A stretch of 63,890 bases of DNA, counting the filler, from Atractiella rhizophila (Eukaryota): assembly GCA_021432655.1 (NCBI GenBank). It is 5 parts of 5 records of this genome, joined end to end, with 100 filler letters (N's around TTAATTAATTAA, not from the genome) between each part and the next. Parts side by side here need not be neighbours in the genome. Positions count along the whole stretch, not along the records: positions 1 to 17,263 come from MU271877.1; 4 more parts are not named here. One strand, 5' to 3'. This document shows, in pieces, positions 1-12,520 of this stretch; within the stretch, counting starts at the first letter, position 1, and every line of letters starts with the position of its first letter. A program made the translations under genes and the position numbers. Under the pieces are notes generated by a model. That model was not told the DNA's origin, ran no database searches, and saw only the letters and a program-made list of their open reading frames with translations.

Positions 1-61
1 TCAAAAAGAAAATGGGCGGAGTTAGTAGTCGGGAGAGAACAGTACGTGCGAGCACTTTCGC

Positions 62-884
62 TTGGACAAATTGCTCAGGTTGTGTCAGGGGACATGGATA
101 TATATTGCGGCTCAGAGAATTGTGGGAAAGGGCCATCACCAATTGTTGGATGATTTCGAGTCCATCTACCACGTCCTTTCTGTCTTCACTTTTGCACACA
201 TCAACGAGGATGAAATACCTGAACTTGGATCCAAGATCGAAGGTTATCTTAGCAGAACTTCGGCAGAATCGAAAAAGGCAGATATTACAGGACAGGCTGA
301 CGGTTTCGAAGACGACGTGGTGCTTGAGATCCCTATTTTTGGCCCCATCATAGTTCTTTTTCGCCTTTTCCTGTCTCCTCGCTACGTGAGTGATCCGAAA
401 ACGAAGATGCGTCGAGCAGTTATCGCGCATCAGTGTTGTAATGCTCTCAACCTTGCCAACCGCAATGAAGCTCGAGTGCTGACGTCATTCCTCCAACACC
501 CAACCGAAGAGGAGACGCAAGAGGAACTCTCGACGATCTCTGGCGGCGGAAAAGTAGTACCTAGGTTTGAAGAAGAAGAAGCTTTTGAATGTTTAATTGC
601 GGTAATTCAGGCGGTTCTCCTCCAGGAACAGCATGTCGCCAGATTACAAAATATGAAACACTTGCGACCGACCTTTCTTGACAGATATTTCAACGTCAAA
701 TCAAAGCTTAACAGCACCAATAAACGAACTGCATCTCATCAAGGAGGTTGTCAATCAAAGGTCCTGCGAACGAACACAACTTCTTCGACGTCTTCAGCGT
801 CTCAACAGCCGGGCCGTCGGCCAGCGACTTCGGCAGTACCAGGACATTCGGTTTAATGTGCGTTGGCAGATTATTGGCATGTAG
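62..884 (+). CDS. Hypothetical protein, probably 5'-partial; the C-terminus may switch to the 678..884 frame
   Basis: 264-aa ORF with protein-like composition; no recognisable domain. Confidence 0.45.
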
Positions 885-981
885 CGAGATTATTGGCATG
901 TAGCGAGATTATTGGCATGTAGCGAGATTATTGGCATGTAGCGAGATTATTGGCATGTAGCGAGATTATTGGCATGTAGCG
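868..981. repeat. Perfect minisatellite, 6 x 19 bp (AGATTATTGGCATGTAGCG)
   Basis: Units start at 868, 887, 906, 925, 944 and 963; identical, with no spacers. Confidence 0.97.
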
Positions 982-1303
982 CTCTGTTGTAGCTTCAGTA
1001 CATTCATCGATGCCGTTTCAATTTCATCGCAGTGATTCTTCAAGTGCAGTCATCGGTCTTGTTAGCGCATGCAGTTGTCAATTCAATACCTAGTCACTCA
1101 CTCAACAGTATCTGTGTACAATGTTTGCTTCCAAGGACTTATGAAACTAAAAGCAACAATAACAATAACCGTCCCATTTGAGTGAATTAAATTCCACTTG
1201 CAATGTGCTAGGACTACAAGGTTTTTACATCACTTTTGCCTTTACAGTGCCGAGTCTTAACTGAGAAAGCAGGTGTGATGACATCACTGGATTCAAAAGT
1301 CGT

Positions 1304-3416
1304 TCACCGCCTCTGGAAACGCGCAAGGGCTGCTCCAGAACGTTCCATCGATGTACGATCTACTAACTCGGACGCTGCAAGTGCTTTTGTTCTGCGTTCT
1401 TCTGCCAGTGCTTTTCTCTCTTTGATCTTTGCTTTGATAGCCTCCTAACAATGTGGTGTCATCAACATTTCTATGACTGATAAAGAATACGCACCGTTTC
1501 TTTCGTGATTACATCTGCCTTCCTCCGCTTCAAATATCGCTTCAAGCTTTTCTTTCGTCCCTTGTCTCCGACGTTGCTCTGTTTGAGCACCTTTTTGATT
1601 CGAGTCGTCGCCCCCACATTTATCCCTTCATCGTCAGTTCCATCAAAGTCAGCCCTGTCGTCCTCTTCTGCCATTCGGTCGAACCGAGTTTTTCTTGCAA
1701 ATGACAACTTTGATTGATGGGGTCCAGTGACTGTCCTCGCAGTCGGATCAAGTTTACCCACTAAAGAATACTATTAGTACATCATACCGCAGATACAGAC
1801 TCGGTGTGACGCACTCAAATGAGCATCCAGTGTAATCATGTCTGGTTGCAGTTTTTCCAAAACAGCTTTCACTTCCCGTTCTCTCCGTTTCTCCCTGGTT
1901 TCGTAGGGATCCGCTTCACCAGAGTCGAGATTAAATTCTGCACTTCCCGGGATGACGAGAGATTTGAAACCGCTGCTGTGACCGACACCCAGGACATCTT
2001 CGAAAGGCCGAAAGCTGACGGCTGTTAACGGGGTAGATGGAAATAATTCAGACATGTACAGGGGCGGGTGTGATAAACTTGTTTTTGTTGTATCGTTGTA
2101 AACCTTTGGATTTGTCGGTGAAAGGAATGGAGAAAGTAACGACCCACATGAGTGGTCTTGCCCCAGGCGATGGCAAGGAGACCCTTGCCACTGAATGCCA
2201 TGCTCTGCACAGACTTTGGAACTTTCCACTCCGTGAGAGAGTCCCATTTCCGCATGTCCCACACTTTGACACTGCCGTCCAGACCACCAGTCGCCATATA
2301 ATGTCCCTCTGTGGAAGAATCAATGGCAATGGAGCTCACTGGACCAAGGTGTGCCAACAGTTTCACTTGGGGACGAGATACGGAAGGAGACCACAATGTT
2401 ACCGTGCCTGGCTGAAACTCAGATATTTGAAGCGACAGCCTAACCGAACGCACCATTAGTGTGTCCCAGGTGAATAAAAGCGTTGTGTCGATTCTGCGTC
2501 ATCGTGTGGCACTTTCCGAGCTTTGTACGATGCTCAGCAACAACATCGCCTGTCGAAGTATCTTGATATTTAAGATAACCAGAATTTCCCTGCATGGTCT
2601 TATCAGGAATTGGGCAAGAGCAGCACAGGCAGGTAACCCACAATTGTAGCGAGAAGAAAGTGGTAGGGAAGAAATTCCATGTTGTTAACGTCGACATGAT
2701 TTCGAAGCTGATGGACCTCTACGCCTTGGTGGTCGTAGATATAAACGTATTTTTTCTGAGCGGCTGCAAAAAATGTCTGGTTGTGCAGCCACCTGTAGCC
2801 TTGTCAGTCGAGATACAGGATGCAGGGACGCCAATACCGGACTGCTTTTGTAGTTTCTTTGACATGAATTTCGCATCCGATGTCCTTAGTAACAGCGTCA
2901 AGAGTAGCCAGGTGACCTCTTCTCCCGCCAAGTAGTAACCACCTTCCATTTCTACTCCAGTCAAAGTCATATGGGCCGAAATTCAGAGAGAGATCCAGCG
3001 AATTTCGCTCCACTACTCCAGCACCGACACCTTCTGCGGTTGCTATATCCTCTTGAGTGGCTTTCCAGGTACGCTCTAAGGGTGTTGACGTCTCTATGAG
3101 ACCGCTTGAGGACGAAGCGGTTGGCAAAAGTAACGCATCGTGTGAGAGCGAAGAGACAGCGTTTTGGAGACGAGAATGAGAAGTATGAGCTAGGTGGTTT
3201 TTAAGAGGCTTTCCACCTTTCTTTCATAAAAGAGTTTAGACTTTGTCAAGCAAAAAAAGGTACACACACGGATGTCGAATTGTCAATGGAGCTGTTATCC
3301 GCCTTCAGGTACTTCCCAAGGTCAGCTGCTGGAGGTATGTCATCCTCTCTAGTTTTCCTTTTCAGTATTCTCTGACGCTTTTCGAGATAATGGTTCAAAT
3401 GCTGATCCCCATCCAT
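1304..3416 (-). CDS. UTP7: U3 snoRNP WD40 protein Utp7/WDR46 (BING4CT domain), multi-exon
   Basis: Exon peptides [86 protein letters not shown]. Confidence 0.9.
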
Positions 3417-3522
3417 TCTTGGAGATAAGTTCTGTGTTGCTTGCTGGCTGGGAAAAATATCTTCACGCCGGCTACATCAACATGCATCAGATTCATCAAT
3501 CTTCATCAGCCAATCTGCGACC

Positions 3523-5073
3523 ATGAGCGTTACTTCCCTCAAAAGGAGCCATCCAGACGATTCTTACGACTGTGAACACGCAAGAAAGCGTAAGTCTGTG
3601 CTAAGCAAAATCGCTGGGTTTTTGCGGTCACCTACTGCGTCGTCTTCGAGCTCGTCTGTGGCAACACTCCCGTCTACGGACTCTTATTCCGCTGTCTCCC
3701 TCGTGAGAGGCAGTAGAAAACCGTTGTTTAGCGTCTGGGTGAGTCAAATTGCCCACAGGCGAGACTACTTAATCACTGGCGCGTCCAAGCATCAAAGACA
3801 GCTGCAAAAAGAAGTGTTAGGTCGATATCATGAAGTGATGGGGTCCAAGACCACCACCGCGACGCCCTCCCCAGCAGCTGTCATCGCAGCCTTCAATGTC
3901 GACCTCGGAAGAATGCGAACAGACTATCTAGAGTTGCCTTTGGAGCCGAGCTTCGAGCCTTTTAAGAAGAGACTAGACTCCATTTACCAGGACATGCCAT
4001 GGACCTCTTCATCCGTGTGTTGCTCCTGGACGATACCTTGGTCAATAACGTCAGTGTAGGATTCACTTGCTGAAAAGCTTCAAATCGCTCGTCGAGCTCG
4101 CGATGCTCCACCTCCGAAACAACCCATTCTCCCCGAGTTCCAACGGCTGAGTTTACGATCCAAAGCGCATGATCGGGCATTAAAGGAGAAACGGCGAGCT
4201 TTCAGGGAGAAACTAAGCGATGACGAGGAGGCCCGAGTACAGCAGCTACTGAAGCTTCGCGGGGTAGTGAAAGAGATTCCTGGCGCACAAGTCAGTGACT
4301 CCGACCTTCGCAAATTGTTGCCAGGTCAATGGCTTAATGATGAAGTGGTGAACTTCTACGGGAGTCTTGTCATGTCCAGGAGCAGAGGATCCATCAACAA
4401 GAGTGGGGCAGAGAAGGACTACTACGACGTCCATGTGTATTCAAGTTTCTTCTATTCCAAGTTAACCAGTAAGGCTGGATACGACGGCGTCCGTCGGTGG
4501 ACAAAGAAGGTAGTCCGAGTCCAATCTCCAAACCACTTATCACTAATTATACTGACAGGTCGATGTTTTTTCTAAAGATATCCTATGGATCCCGATCAAT
4601 GTTTGCAATACACACTGGGTTATTGCAGCTATCAACATACGCTTGAAACGCTTCGAGTATTACGACTCCATGGGCCGACAGGATCCTAGGGTGCTCGAAG
4701 TGTGTCTCCCATTCTGCATCCAACGCTTCGTTAACGTAGTTCCAGAACCTTAGATGCTACTTCGAGAATGAACATACGGATAAGAAGGGAGCACCAATAG
4801 ATCTTTCCGAATGGGAGGATTTTTATGATCCTGTGCGCAGGTTTTGATATATGCCATAACTCACTGAAAGGGCTCGTTCAGAATACACCGCAACAAAATA
4901 ACGGCTACGATTGCGGACTGTTCACGAGCATGGTGATGGAATGCCTGTCACGTGTTGGTGGTGTCTTTGATTATGGGCAGCGAAATATGCCGTATCTACG
5001 GAGGAAGATGATATATGAATGTGGTGAGGGAAGATTGATGGAGGAACCACCAAGGAGGATAATATTGGAGTAA
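3523..5073 (+). CDS. ULP1: Ulp1-family SUMO protease (peptidase C48), multi-exon
   Basis: PGQWLNDEVVNFY, SSFFYSKL, YDGVRRWTKK, catalytic HW, YYDS and PQQNNGYDCG motifs. Confidence 0.88.
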
Positions 5074-5669
5074 TACCATGGGGTGGTAAATTGGTCTTGT
5101 GTCGCAGGTCACGCAGAGATTTCATCAGCTTAATCTGCAAGGTATTGACATCGCTTATGTGATGATCAAAGGTATTGTGTCCAACCCTGAATCCTTGTCC
5201 TTATCATTATAAAGTGGATCCTGAACAGATGCATGCATGAACTTTCAAATACCTACTTTATCACCCATGCCAACCGCTCCAGGAATCAAGCACACAATTA
5301 CAATATACATGTTGGCGCCATTATAACTGTAAAAGGCAAGGCTGATTTAACAATGTGAGGGAAGGAGAAAAGAGTGAAATGTAATGTGATAAAAGGTGGA
5401 TGACTTTCCTGGGTGATATGTCGGTGTGTAGTGAATATGGGAGAGCCAATGACATGTCTGTGTCAGGTTTGTGTCTTGTGCAAACGGCCTGTTTGTGTCT
5501 CCCATCACCGTTATGTTCTGTGCGTATCAGTGCCCATTTGTGCCTCCTGTCACCACTGGCATTTATGTTTGCTCTCCTCTTATCAACTCGGCATAATCCC
5601 AGCATTGCTTCCCCTTTTGGGTCTCTTACATGTTTCATGATAATGTAGTCGAATTGTGAGGGTAAAATG

Positions 5670-5835
5670 TAAGAGAATCTGATGCTGGATAGAGCTAGGG
5701 GATAGAGAGTTGGCTGTCAAAGATGATGACTATCAAATCCACCCTCTAGGAAGAAGAACCATAGAGTAAGTAAATACAAGATAGGTGGCTGACTACACAA
5801 ACACAACACCATGAAATATTGCACCTCATCCAACA
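5670..5835 (-). mobile_element. Degenerate LTR (family B)
   Basis: Reverse-complement similarity to the LTRs at 12521-12685 and 16594-16813. Confidence 0.7.
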
Positions 5836-5989
5836 AAGGGAGAGAAAATAAGGTGTCATGTTGTTGAACCGCCTTGTGATTCTTCTTATAGTGGGAAATC
5901 CTTTCAGTTGCTTATGTGTGACGAGTAAATCTACTAGCTAGTGGCTCTGATGAACTTCTAGAGAATTGGTAACATGTCAGTATTGGAGA

Positions 5990-7100
5990 GAATGGATGTA
6001 TTGCTTGTGAGACAGATTCTGACTTTAGTTAGCCTCTTCCTAACCATTTCCTGGTGGTACCTGTACCTCTTGCATGACTGCAAATAGTGTTTGACCATGA
6101 GAACAACAGAACTCACAAAGGGGGGACTCACACACTACAAGAAGGCAGAGGTAGTTACTGAGTCCCACACGGCCTGATCTGAGTTGACCTACAATTGAAG
6201 CCATCAGTTTAGGGAGTTGAGCAGGTATACTGTACGATTTGGCTGAAGGTAGCCTTCCTTGTGCTTTGGTATGATGTTTTCCAATACTAGTGGGGGGTTA
6301 GATTTAAGGAATGAATAGGTATGGATGGTCTGCAGAAATGAGGATGTGCAAAAAATGAACGGAGAAGGTGGAGCAACATCCTTTCTCTGTCGCTTTGCAT
6401 GCCAGAGAATCTGCTGCCTTGTTCTCTTAATCTTCAGATGACTTGGAACCCATTGCAGACAGATTGGTGCATACGGGAGTAGCTTAGTGAGGAGATTTAG
6501 CATTGAGTATATGTTTAGTGCAATATATTGCCCGGGTCTCTTAATAATGCTCTGGCTATGAGAAATGATCACTACATTTAGTGGACCTTCTTTCAAGTGA
6601 GCTAGATGTCCCAGAGCTAGCCCAATTTCCATCAACTCAGCCTCAAAGATCGAATTCTAGCTAGCATCACCAATTCTGATCTCAGAAGACCACTTTAATG
6701 GCAGGTCAATTACTACTAACCCTACCTATCCTCTGTGCTCCAGTCTTGTTGTCAGCAATTGCATTGTAATTGTCCACCCCTCACTCTTTAGACTTGGGTA
6801 TTTGGAAGAGAAGGAGGGCAAGAAGCTGGTAGAAAGAGGGAGAGGGTGGATGATTTCCTGATCTGAGTGAAAGGAAAGGGCGGAATGGTGAAAATTTTGG
6901 TATAAAGGGTAAGGAAATTTAGTAACAAAAGCCAGCCCATAGGTATGGCTAGAGTACAATGAGGAGATACATTGTGGCACAAAACTGGGTCAGGAAGGTT
7001 AGTATCAAAGTCAAAGGCAGGATGCGGTCAATTTGATGGTTCCTGGCATGATATGTTGGGCTAAGTGGTGATGATAGCTGATCAGATGTATGGTTGGTGC
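5990..7100 (-). mobile_element. Decayed non-LTR (LINE/Tad1-like) retrotransposon fragment: RNase H plus C-terminal Cys/His region
   Basis: EAELMEIGLAL...SHSQ...PGQ...LQWVPSH resembles LINE RNase H; downstream QLRSG..GLSNYL...KHYLQSC; many stops and frameshifts; boundaries approximate. Confidence 0.65.
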
Positions 7101-7551
7101 CACACGAAGGTAGTACAGAGAATAGAGATGTACAGGTGACAAAATTTGGCCAGTATGATGCCTCCAGTCATCTTTGCCAGTGATGCTATTGTTATGAGGT
7201 GCTTACATCCTTCTTCTTCTATCGAAAGAGAGCTGATGTTCCAGCAAAGCTCCTGGTCTAGAATTATCCTAAGGAGTGTTGTACTGTCTGACATCGCTCT
7301 TAATAGTCATTATTTTGACTTTGACCACCCAACTCCTGTCCTCTAGGTATTGCCTTTCTTGTCAATCTTATCAACTTTGACCGCAACATCTGTCTCCGAG
7401 TGCCATCCAGTATCACATTCTCTTAGCTCCTGCCACTCCTTCTACTGATCAAGGAGACCTTGTGGCTCTTCAAACATTATCCTCTCCTTCCTAACCTTGC
7501 AGAGCATCTCTCTCTCATAATATCTGGCAACATCTCGAGTATAGACCTTCT

Positions 7552-7836
7552 TGTTGGAATAGGTGCTATATTTCATGGTATCGTTGTGTGGTCAGCCACC
7601 TTTGTACGTTCTGTCTACTCACTTCGTAGTTTTACTCCCTAGGGGGAGGGGCTGTCTTGGTGATCATCAATTTTTTAACCACTAACCTATCCCCAGGTCT
7701 ATGTTTTGTTCCCAATCCAATCATCTTTGACCACCAGCTCCCCTATCCAGCATCACATTCTCTTACGGTAACAAGAGCAGTGGCTAGGGATTCACAGATC
7801 AGTTAGAATTGAAATTTTAATTTTGCCATCCACTTG
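7552..7836 (+). mobile_element. Degenerate family-B 5' LTR (7552-7765) with decayed PBS and start of leader
   Basis: TGTTGG start; CGGTAACAAGAGC follows (decayed TGGTAGCGAGAGC); leader matches 16814-16885. Confidence 0.75.
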
Positions 7837-7842
7837 AGGAAT

Positions 7843-8028
7843 GATCTAAGGCTAGGAGTAATTGGTGGACAATGATAAGATATTAGGCTAGTATAGAGAG
7901 GCATATCTAGGGGTAGTTGATGGTCAATGATGAGCACCAACTCCTGGGAAGAACTAAACGATAGACATGGTAATAACTCATAAGAGTCACATGAGGCAGA
8001 TGACCAATAGAGCACATTATAACTAACA
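7843..8028 (-). mobile_element. Truncated LTR (family A)
   Basis: Same orientation as, and similar to, 15390-15588; ends AACTAACA. Confidence 0.75.
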
Positions 8029-8401
8029 ATATGTTAATGACAGCACCTTCCTTCATACGAAGCATCCATGTATGCCTTTATTGCCCCAGAAAAAGCCAGC
8101 TAATAAATGACATTATGAGGAGATCTAAAATGGATAAAGTTATAGTACTTGTCTTGTTACGCTTAAAGAGGATAGAGCCAGGAGCGCTGGTTGTATGAGG
8201 GGCATTGCAAGGGCTATTTACAAAGGTAGGAAGGGAGAGGGCAGGCAAAGGTTACCTTAAGGACAAAGGAACGGATCAAATTTAAAGGCTCAAAGTCGCA
8301 ATTGAAGAGTGAAGTCAAGGCTTTCACAGATTCGGTATCCATGAGGAGTGAGATGCTGAATACATCAGAGTGGGCATAGGAAATGAAGTGCAGGCTCTAA
8401 C

Positions 8402-9500
8402 CTATTCAACAGTATCGTAGAGGTAACAATCGGGATAGACCCTCTTGATATGCTGCTCAAGCCACCAGTATAGGGTCGCATATACCACATCTGTCATGTT
8501 TGTTTGTTGGTCATTATGGCCAGTGAGCAAGCTGACAAGGCGACCACTCCCGTCAAGTATAATAGAGCCGGAATCTCCGTGCATAGAGTATGGACTAGAA
8601 CTGTTATAAGACAGGATACCAATCTCCATGGACAGCTCCTTGATCCTGTACTTCTAGATCCTGTACTCCTTGCAATGATGAGTGAAAGAGGAGATACTAT
8701 TGGCACAACCAAATGTATGACCTTTCTTCACTACAAAGAGCATCTCCTTGCCATTGACTTTGAGGTTACTTGTCTGGTGTCACAACACCACTAGCTTGCA
8801 GGAGTCTGTCTGCTGGTTGATGTTGGTCTGCTTGATGGGCTGGGTGTGGAAACATGAGGTTGGCAAAGTTGTCACCTGTGAGAGAATAATTATAAAAAGT
8901 GATACCAGATAGAATCAGAGAACGTGCCAACAAAGATCTTGTTCCCCTTAAAATCCAATCCAGTCAATTCACTCCTTGTAAATTGAGAGAAATGGATGCT
9001 GGATAGAGCTAGGGGATAGGAGCTGGTGGTCAAAGATGATGACTGCCTAAACCACCCCCAGGGGGTAAAGCTACAAAATGGCTAAACACAGCAAAGGTGG
9101 CTGACAGCTACACAAATACAACACCATGAAGTATCACTCCTAATCCAACGTAAATTTCAATGAGGCCCCAGTCACGCGTATACTGTTCCAGACCATCAGA
9201 GACAATGATGGGATCTGTGTGGATGACAGAACCAATGATCTGTTTATCAAGGGTTGCCTTGGATTCAACATTTGGATGAAGCGTTTCCAGTACATTTATG
9301 GTGAGTGGTGCTCTTACCAACACAGCCTGATTGCTTTGACACTCGTTGGTAATGTTGGGATCTTCATCCACTATAAAGGGCGACCCTTCACCTCCACTCT
9401 GGAAGAGAGTTTTTCTGTGATGTAAACAGTTTGTTCAATGGAGCTGGATGCCAGTTAATACCCTTCATTCCCAAGTGCAACAATCTTCTATATCAGCTGA
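8402..9500 (-). pseudogene. Pseudogene of a fungal trypsin-like serine-protease-fold protein (GDSGS motif), interrupted by a solo LTR
   Basis: IGSVIHTDPIIVSDG..YTRDWGLIEIY and MEIGILSY...HGDSGSIILDGSGRLVSLLTG; stops, frameshifts and an LTR insertion; 5' end not defined. Confidence 0.6.
8984..9150 (-). mobile_element. Solo LTR (family B) with perfect 5-bp TSD TAAAT
   Basis: TAAAT at 8979-8983 and 9151-9155; similar to other family-B LTRs. Confidence 0.88.
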
Positions 9501-10184
9501 CCCGCTGTCACACCCTTATTGGGAAAAATTCAAGAAGGGCGAGCAACATGGGCAGCTGTTAGAAGGGCGACTTGATCACCATCATCGGAGAGTTGGTAGT
9601 AGAGAGCACTGCTCCCTTTATATTCAGGTGTGTTGCATCGGAAATACTAAGAGAAAGGGTAGGTCTAAATGACTTGTGAAGCTCAGAAGTAGATGTCATC
9701 TTATGTCCCCAGTGCCTGGTCACCCGTTCACCTATTTGTACTTCCATCACCACTTAGCCCAATTCTGTCTGTTCTCCTCTTATCAAACCCATATAATCCC
9801 ACTGTTGCTTTTCCTTTTTGGTCATGTTTTTTCTACTCTTCTCTACATTTTGTGGCAGTGTTATTCCACTTGTATATAGATTGGAGAGTAGTGGAGGTGA
9901 TCTTAGAGTATCCTCTTAGGTTCATCTCCAATACAGGTGCATCGCCCAGCGACGACGATACATAGTGTCCGCCTTAATAGGAGACAAGAAGAGTAGGTTA
10001 CCGTAGACTTGTGAAAGGCAACTTCAATCTCGGGAAGCTATGTGGGCTAAGGATGCTTTTGATGGCATGGATGGCCGACACGGTGTCCTTGAGAGAGAGA
10101 CTATCGAGCTCTATGCCGATCCACATGAAGAGCAAGCAAAAATGGAGTCTTCTCCCTATTGTTGGCAAAAGCAATGGGATTAAT

Positions 10185-10528
10185 TGCTGGATTTAGCCAA
10201 TTGCACTAAAATGACCAGTCATTCCCAACAGTGCAGATTAACCCTTTATACCCAAGGTTCAACACCCTTCCCTGATCTGTACTGTCTGCAACCACTTTCT
10301 CTGCCACAACCATTTCCTTCCATCATTTATAGTGGGGAAGAGCACCCACTCAACAGTTTTTATAGTGGTTTTCCCCACTCCCACAATATGGCTAAAGTGC
10401 TCAGACAGGGGTTCGAACCCGGGTATGCAGGGTCAGCTCTCGCTACCATGCTGGATTTAGCCAATTGCACTAAAATGACCAGTCATTCCCAACAGTGCAG
10501 ATTAACCCTTTATACCCAAGGTTCAACA
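10185..10528 (-). mobile_element. TRIM copy 1: 344-bp miniature LTR retroelement with identical 80-bp LTRs (10185-10264, 10449-10528) and TSD TTAAT
   Basis: TG...CA LTRs, PBS abutting the 5' LTR, PPT abutting the 3' LTR, TTAAT at 10180-10184 and 10529-10533. Confidence 0.93.
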
Positions 10529-10787
10529 TTAATCAATGTGTGCATCACTTCGAGAGTGTCAAGCTAAGCTTGTAAATTTCCCCTAATCTCAGACCAACAG
10601 TGGTGAATGGGATGTCTGTAGATAAGTCACACCTCATGAATGTACTGCGTTACATCGTCCTCATCTCTTAGACCAGGTAGACCCAGGGACTCTGCTGGAC
10701 AAGCCAAAGAAGTCCGTATAAGTGGCAGAATAATGGGCAGCAAGATCTGTTCCACTCTTGGCATTCTTCTGATTGTCTCCCACTTGA

Positions 10788-10977
10788 TGTAAGGATCTAA
10801 GGTTAGGAGTAGTTGGTGGTCAATAATAAGGCATTGATGAAGTATAGAGAGACATATCTAGGAGTAGTTGGTGGTCAATAATGAGCACCAACACTCCCAG
10901 GCAAAACTAAACTACATAGTGATGAGTCATAAGAGCCATAAGAGACAGATGACCAACACAACACACTACAACTAACA
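10788..10977 (-). mobile_element. Solo LTR (family A) with near-perfect TSD CTTGA/CTTAA
   Basis: TGTAAGG...CTAACA termini; flanks 10783-10787 and 10978-10982 differ at one base. Confidence 0.85.
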
Positions 10978-11457
10978 CTTAAGAGCCTGCATATTGTCCA
11001 GTTCTCTGCTAGAAAATATTTAGAACTGTAGGAGGTGGTCCACCTGGGAGGTTGACACAGACCACAGAAGAATCTGGAGGAGAGCACACTAGAGGCAATA
11101 CAGAGGAAGAAGCTGTATCTGTCGGCTTCTTGTTAGGCGAAGGGGGGACCGGGATGGAAACTTTGATTTGACACATAGAGCCAGTTCATTGAAGGAAATG
11201 GCAACACGGGGTTTCTCAACACCTTCCATCGATCCAAAGAAACTCTAGCCCTGGCTGGTGTACTTTTACCATTTCTTGCCTTTGCTGATAGCACTCCTGC
11301 CTCAGTATGCATCCTCTCCCTCTCCCTATCCTCTCTGTTCCTCTAAGTAGTTATCTTATCCTTAGCTGCATTCATCAAACCAATGTCACTCCATGTAGAA
11401 ATCCCATGCCGTGATCTCAGAACGCATGGAGCCACCAATCCCAGACCTCGTGGTACG

Positions 11458-11575
11458 TGAGAGAAATGGATGGTGGATAGAGCTAGGGGAGGTCAAAGAT
11501 GATGACCGTTTAAACTGTCACCAGGGGGGTAAGGCTACAAAGTAAGTAAACACGACTAAGGTGGCCGACCACAAA
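11458..11575 (-). mobile_element. Partial LTR (family B)
   Basis: Similar to 8984-9150. Confidence 0.65.
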
Positions 11576-11713
11576 ACATCTTCTGTTGAGAGAGAAGGTT
11601 CTTAACATATTGCTCTTGATCCAACCAACTCAGCCATCTGTTGTCCAATCGATTCAAGACTTTGGGATCAAAATCGAGACCCTCCTAAGGCCCACCATTT
11701 TCTACAAAGATCA

Positions 11714-12520
11714 TGTTAGTTGTAGTGTGTTGTATTGTTCATCTGCCTCTTATGACTCTTATAAGTCATCACTACATCTGTAGTTTAGTTCTGCCTTGGA
11801 GCTTTGTCTACTCCTAGGTATGTCTCTCTATACTTCTCTAATGTCATTATTGACCACCAACTACTCTAGCCTTAGATCCTTACATAGTAGCAGGGAGCTG
11901 GTGGCTAGGATTACATTTGGTCACAATTCTCCCTCCTCCAGACCACATTTTCACCCCTCCTGCACTCAAATTTTGCTCAATCTCAATGGATTTGTGATCC
12001 CCAGACATTCCTTTAGCACCTCACAAGGTTTCTGCTTACTCAGGAATCAAGAAACCTTACCACCACCACCTGCCTCAAACGCACTTTGCCATCCTAGACT
12101 CAAACTTTGACCAATTCGGATGTTATAGGGCTCATTTTTATTGTGATACACTGCGCTGCAACTTTACTGGGAACAATCTTGGTCACAACAAATGAAAATT
12201 TCAAGATAGTCACTCCATCACATCCTTTGTACCCCAAATTGCATTTTTAGACTTCTTAAAGTTAAATCTAGTCTGATCTGGACGATTTTATCGCCATTGA
12301 ATTTGCAATAGGCTATTCTACTATCCTATAAAAGGTCACCTTATCAGAAGAGCCAAAATTTTGGGATTTGCCATCATCACATCAGCCCTATCCTCCATCA
12401 CATCAGTGGATCTTAGGACTCAACCACAGGCTATAGAAAGATGTTTGGGATAGAAATGGCTCTTAATGGGTTGGAATTTGCTGGACTGAACAGTCTTGCT
12501 GCAGTAAATGATGTCACTAT
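11714..12520 (+). mobile_element. Family-A 5' LTR (11714-11884), degenerate PBS and about 600 bp of non-coding leader
   Basis: TGTTAG...CTTACA followed by TAGTAGCAGGGAGC; leader is homologous to 14402-15389. Confidence 0.8.

Noticed and set aside
868..981. CRISPR-like array
   Set aside because: Head-to-tail units with no spacers, eukaryotic context and no cas genes.
10184..10567. 127-aa and 154-aa (14363-14827) ORFs with internal repeats
   Set aside because: Antisense read-through of the TRIM; the peptide repeat only reflects the two LTRs.
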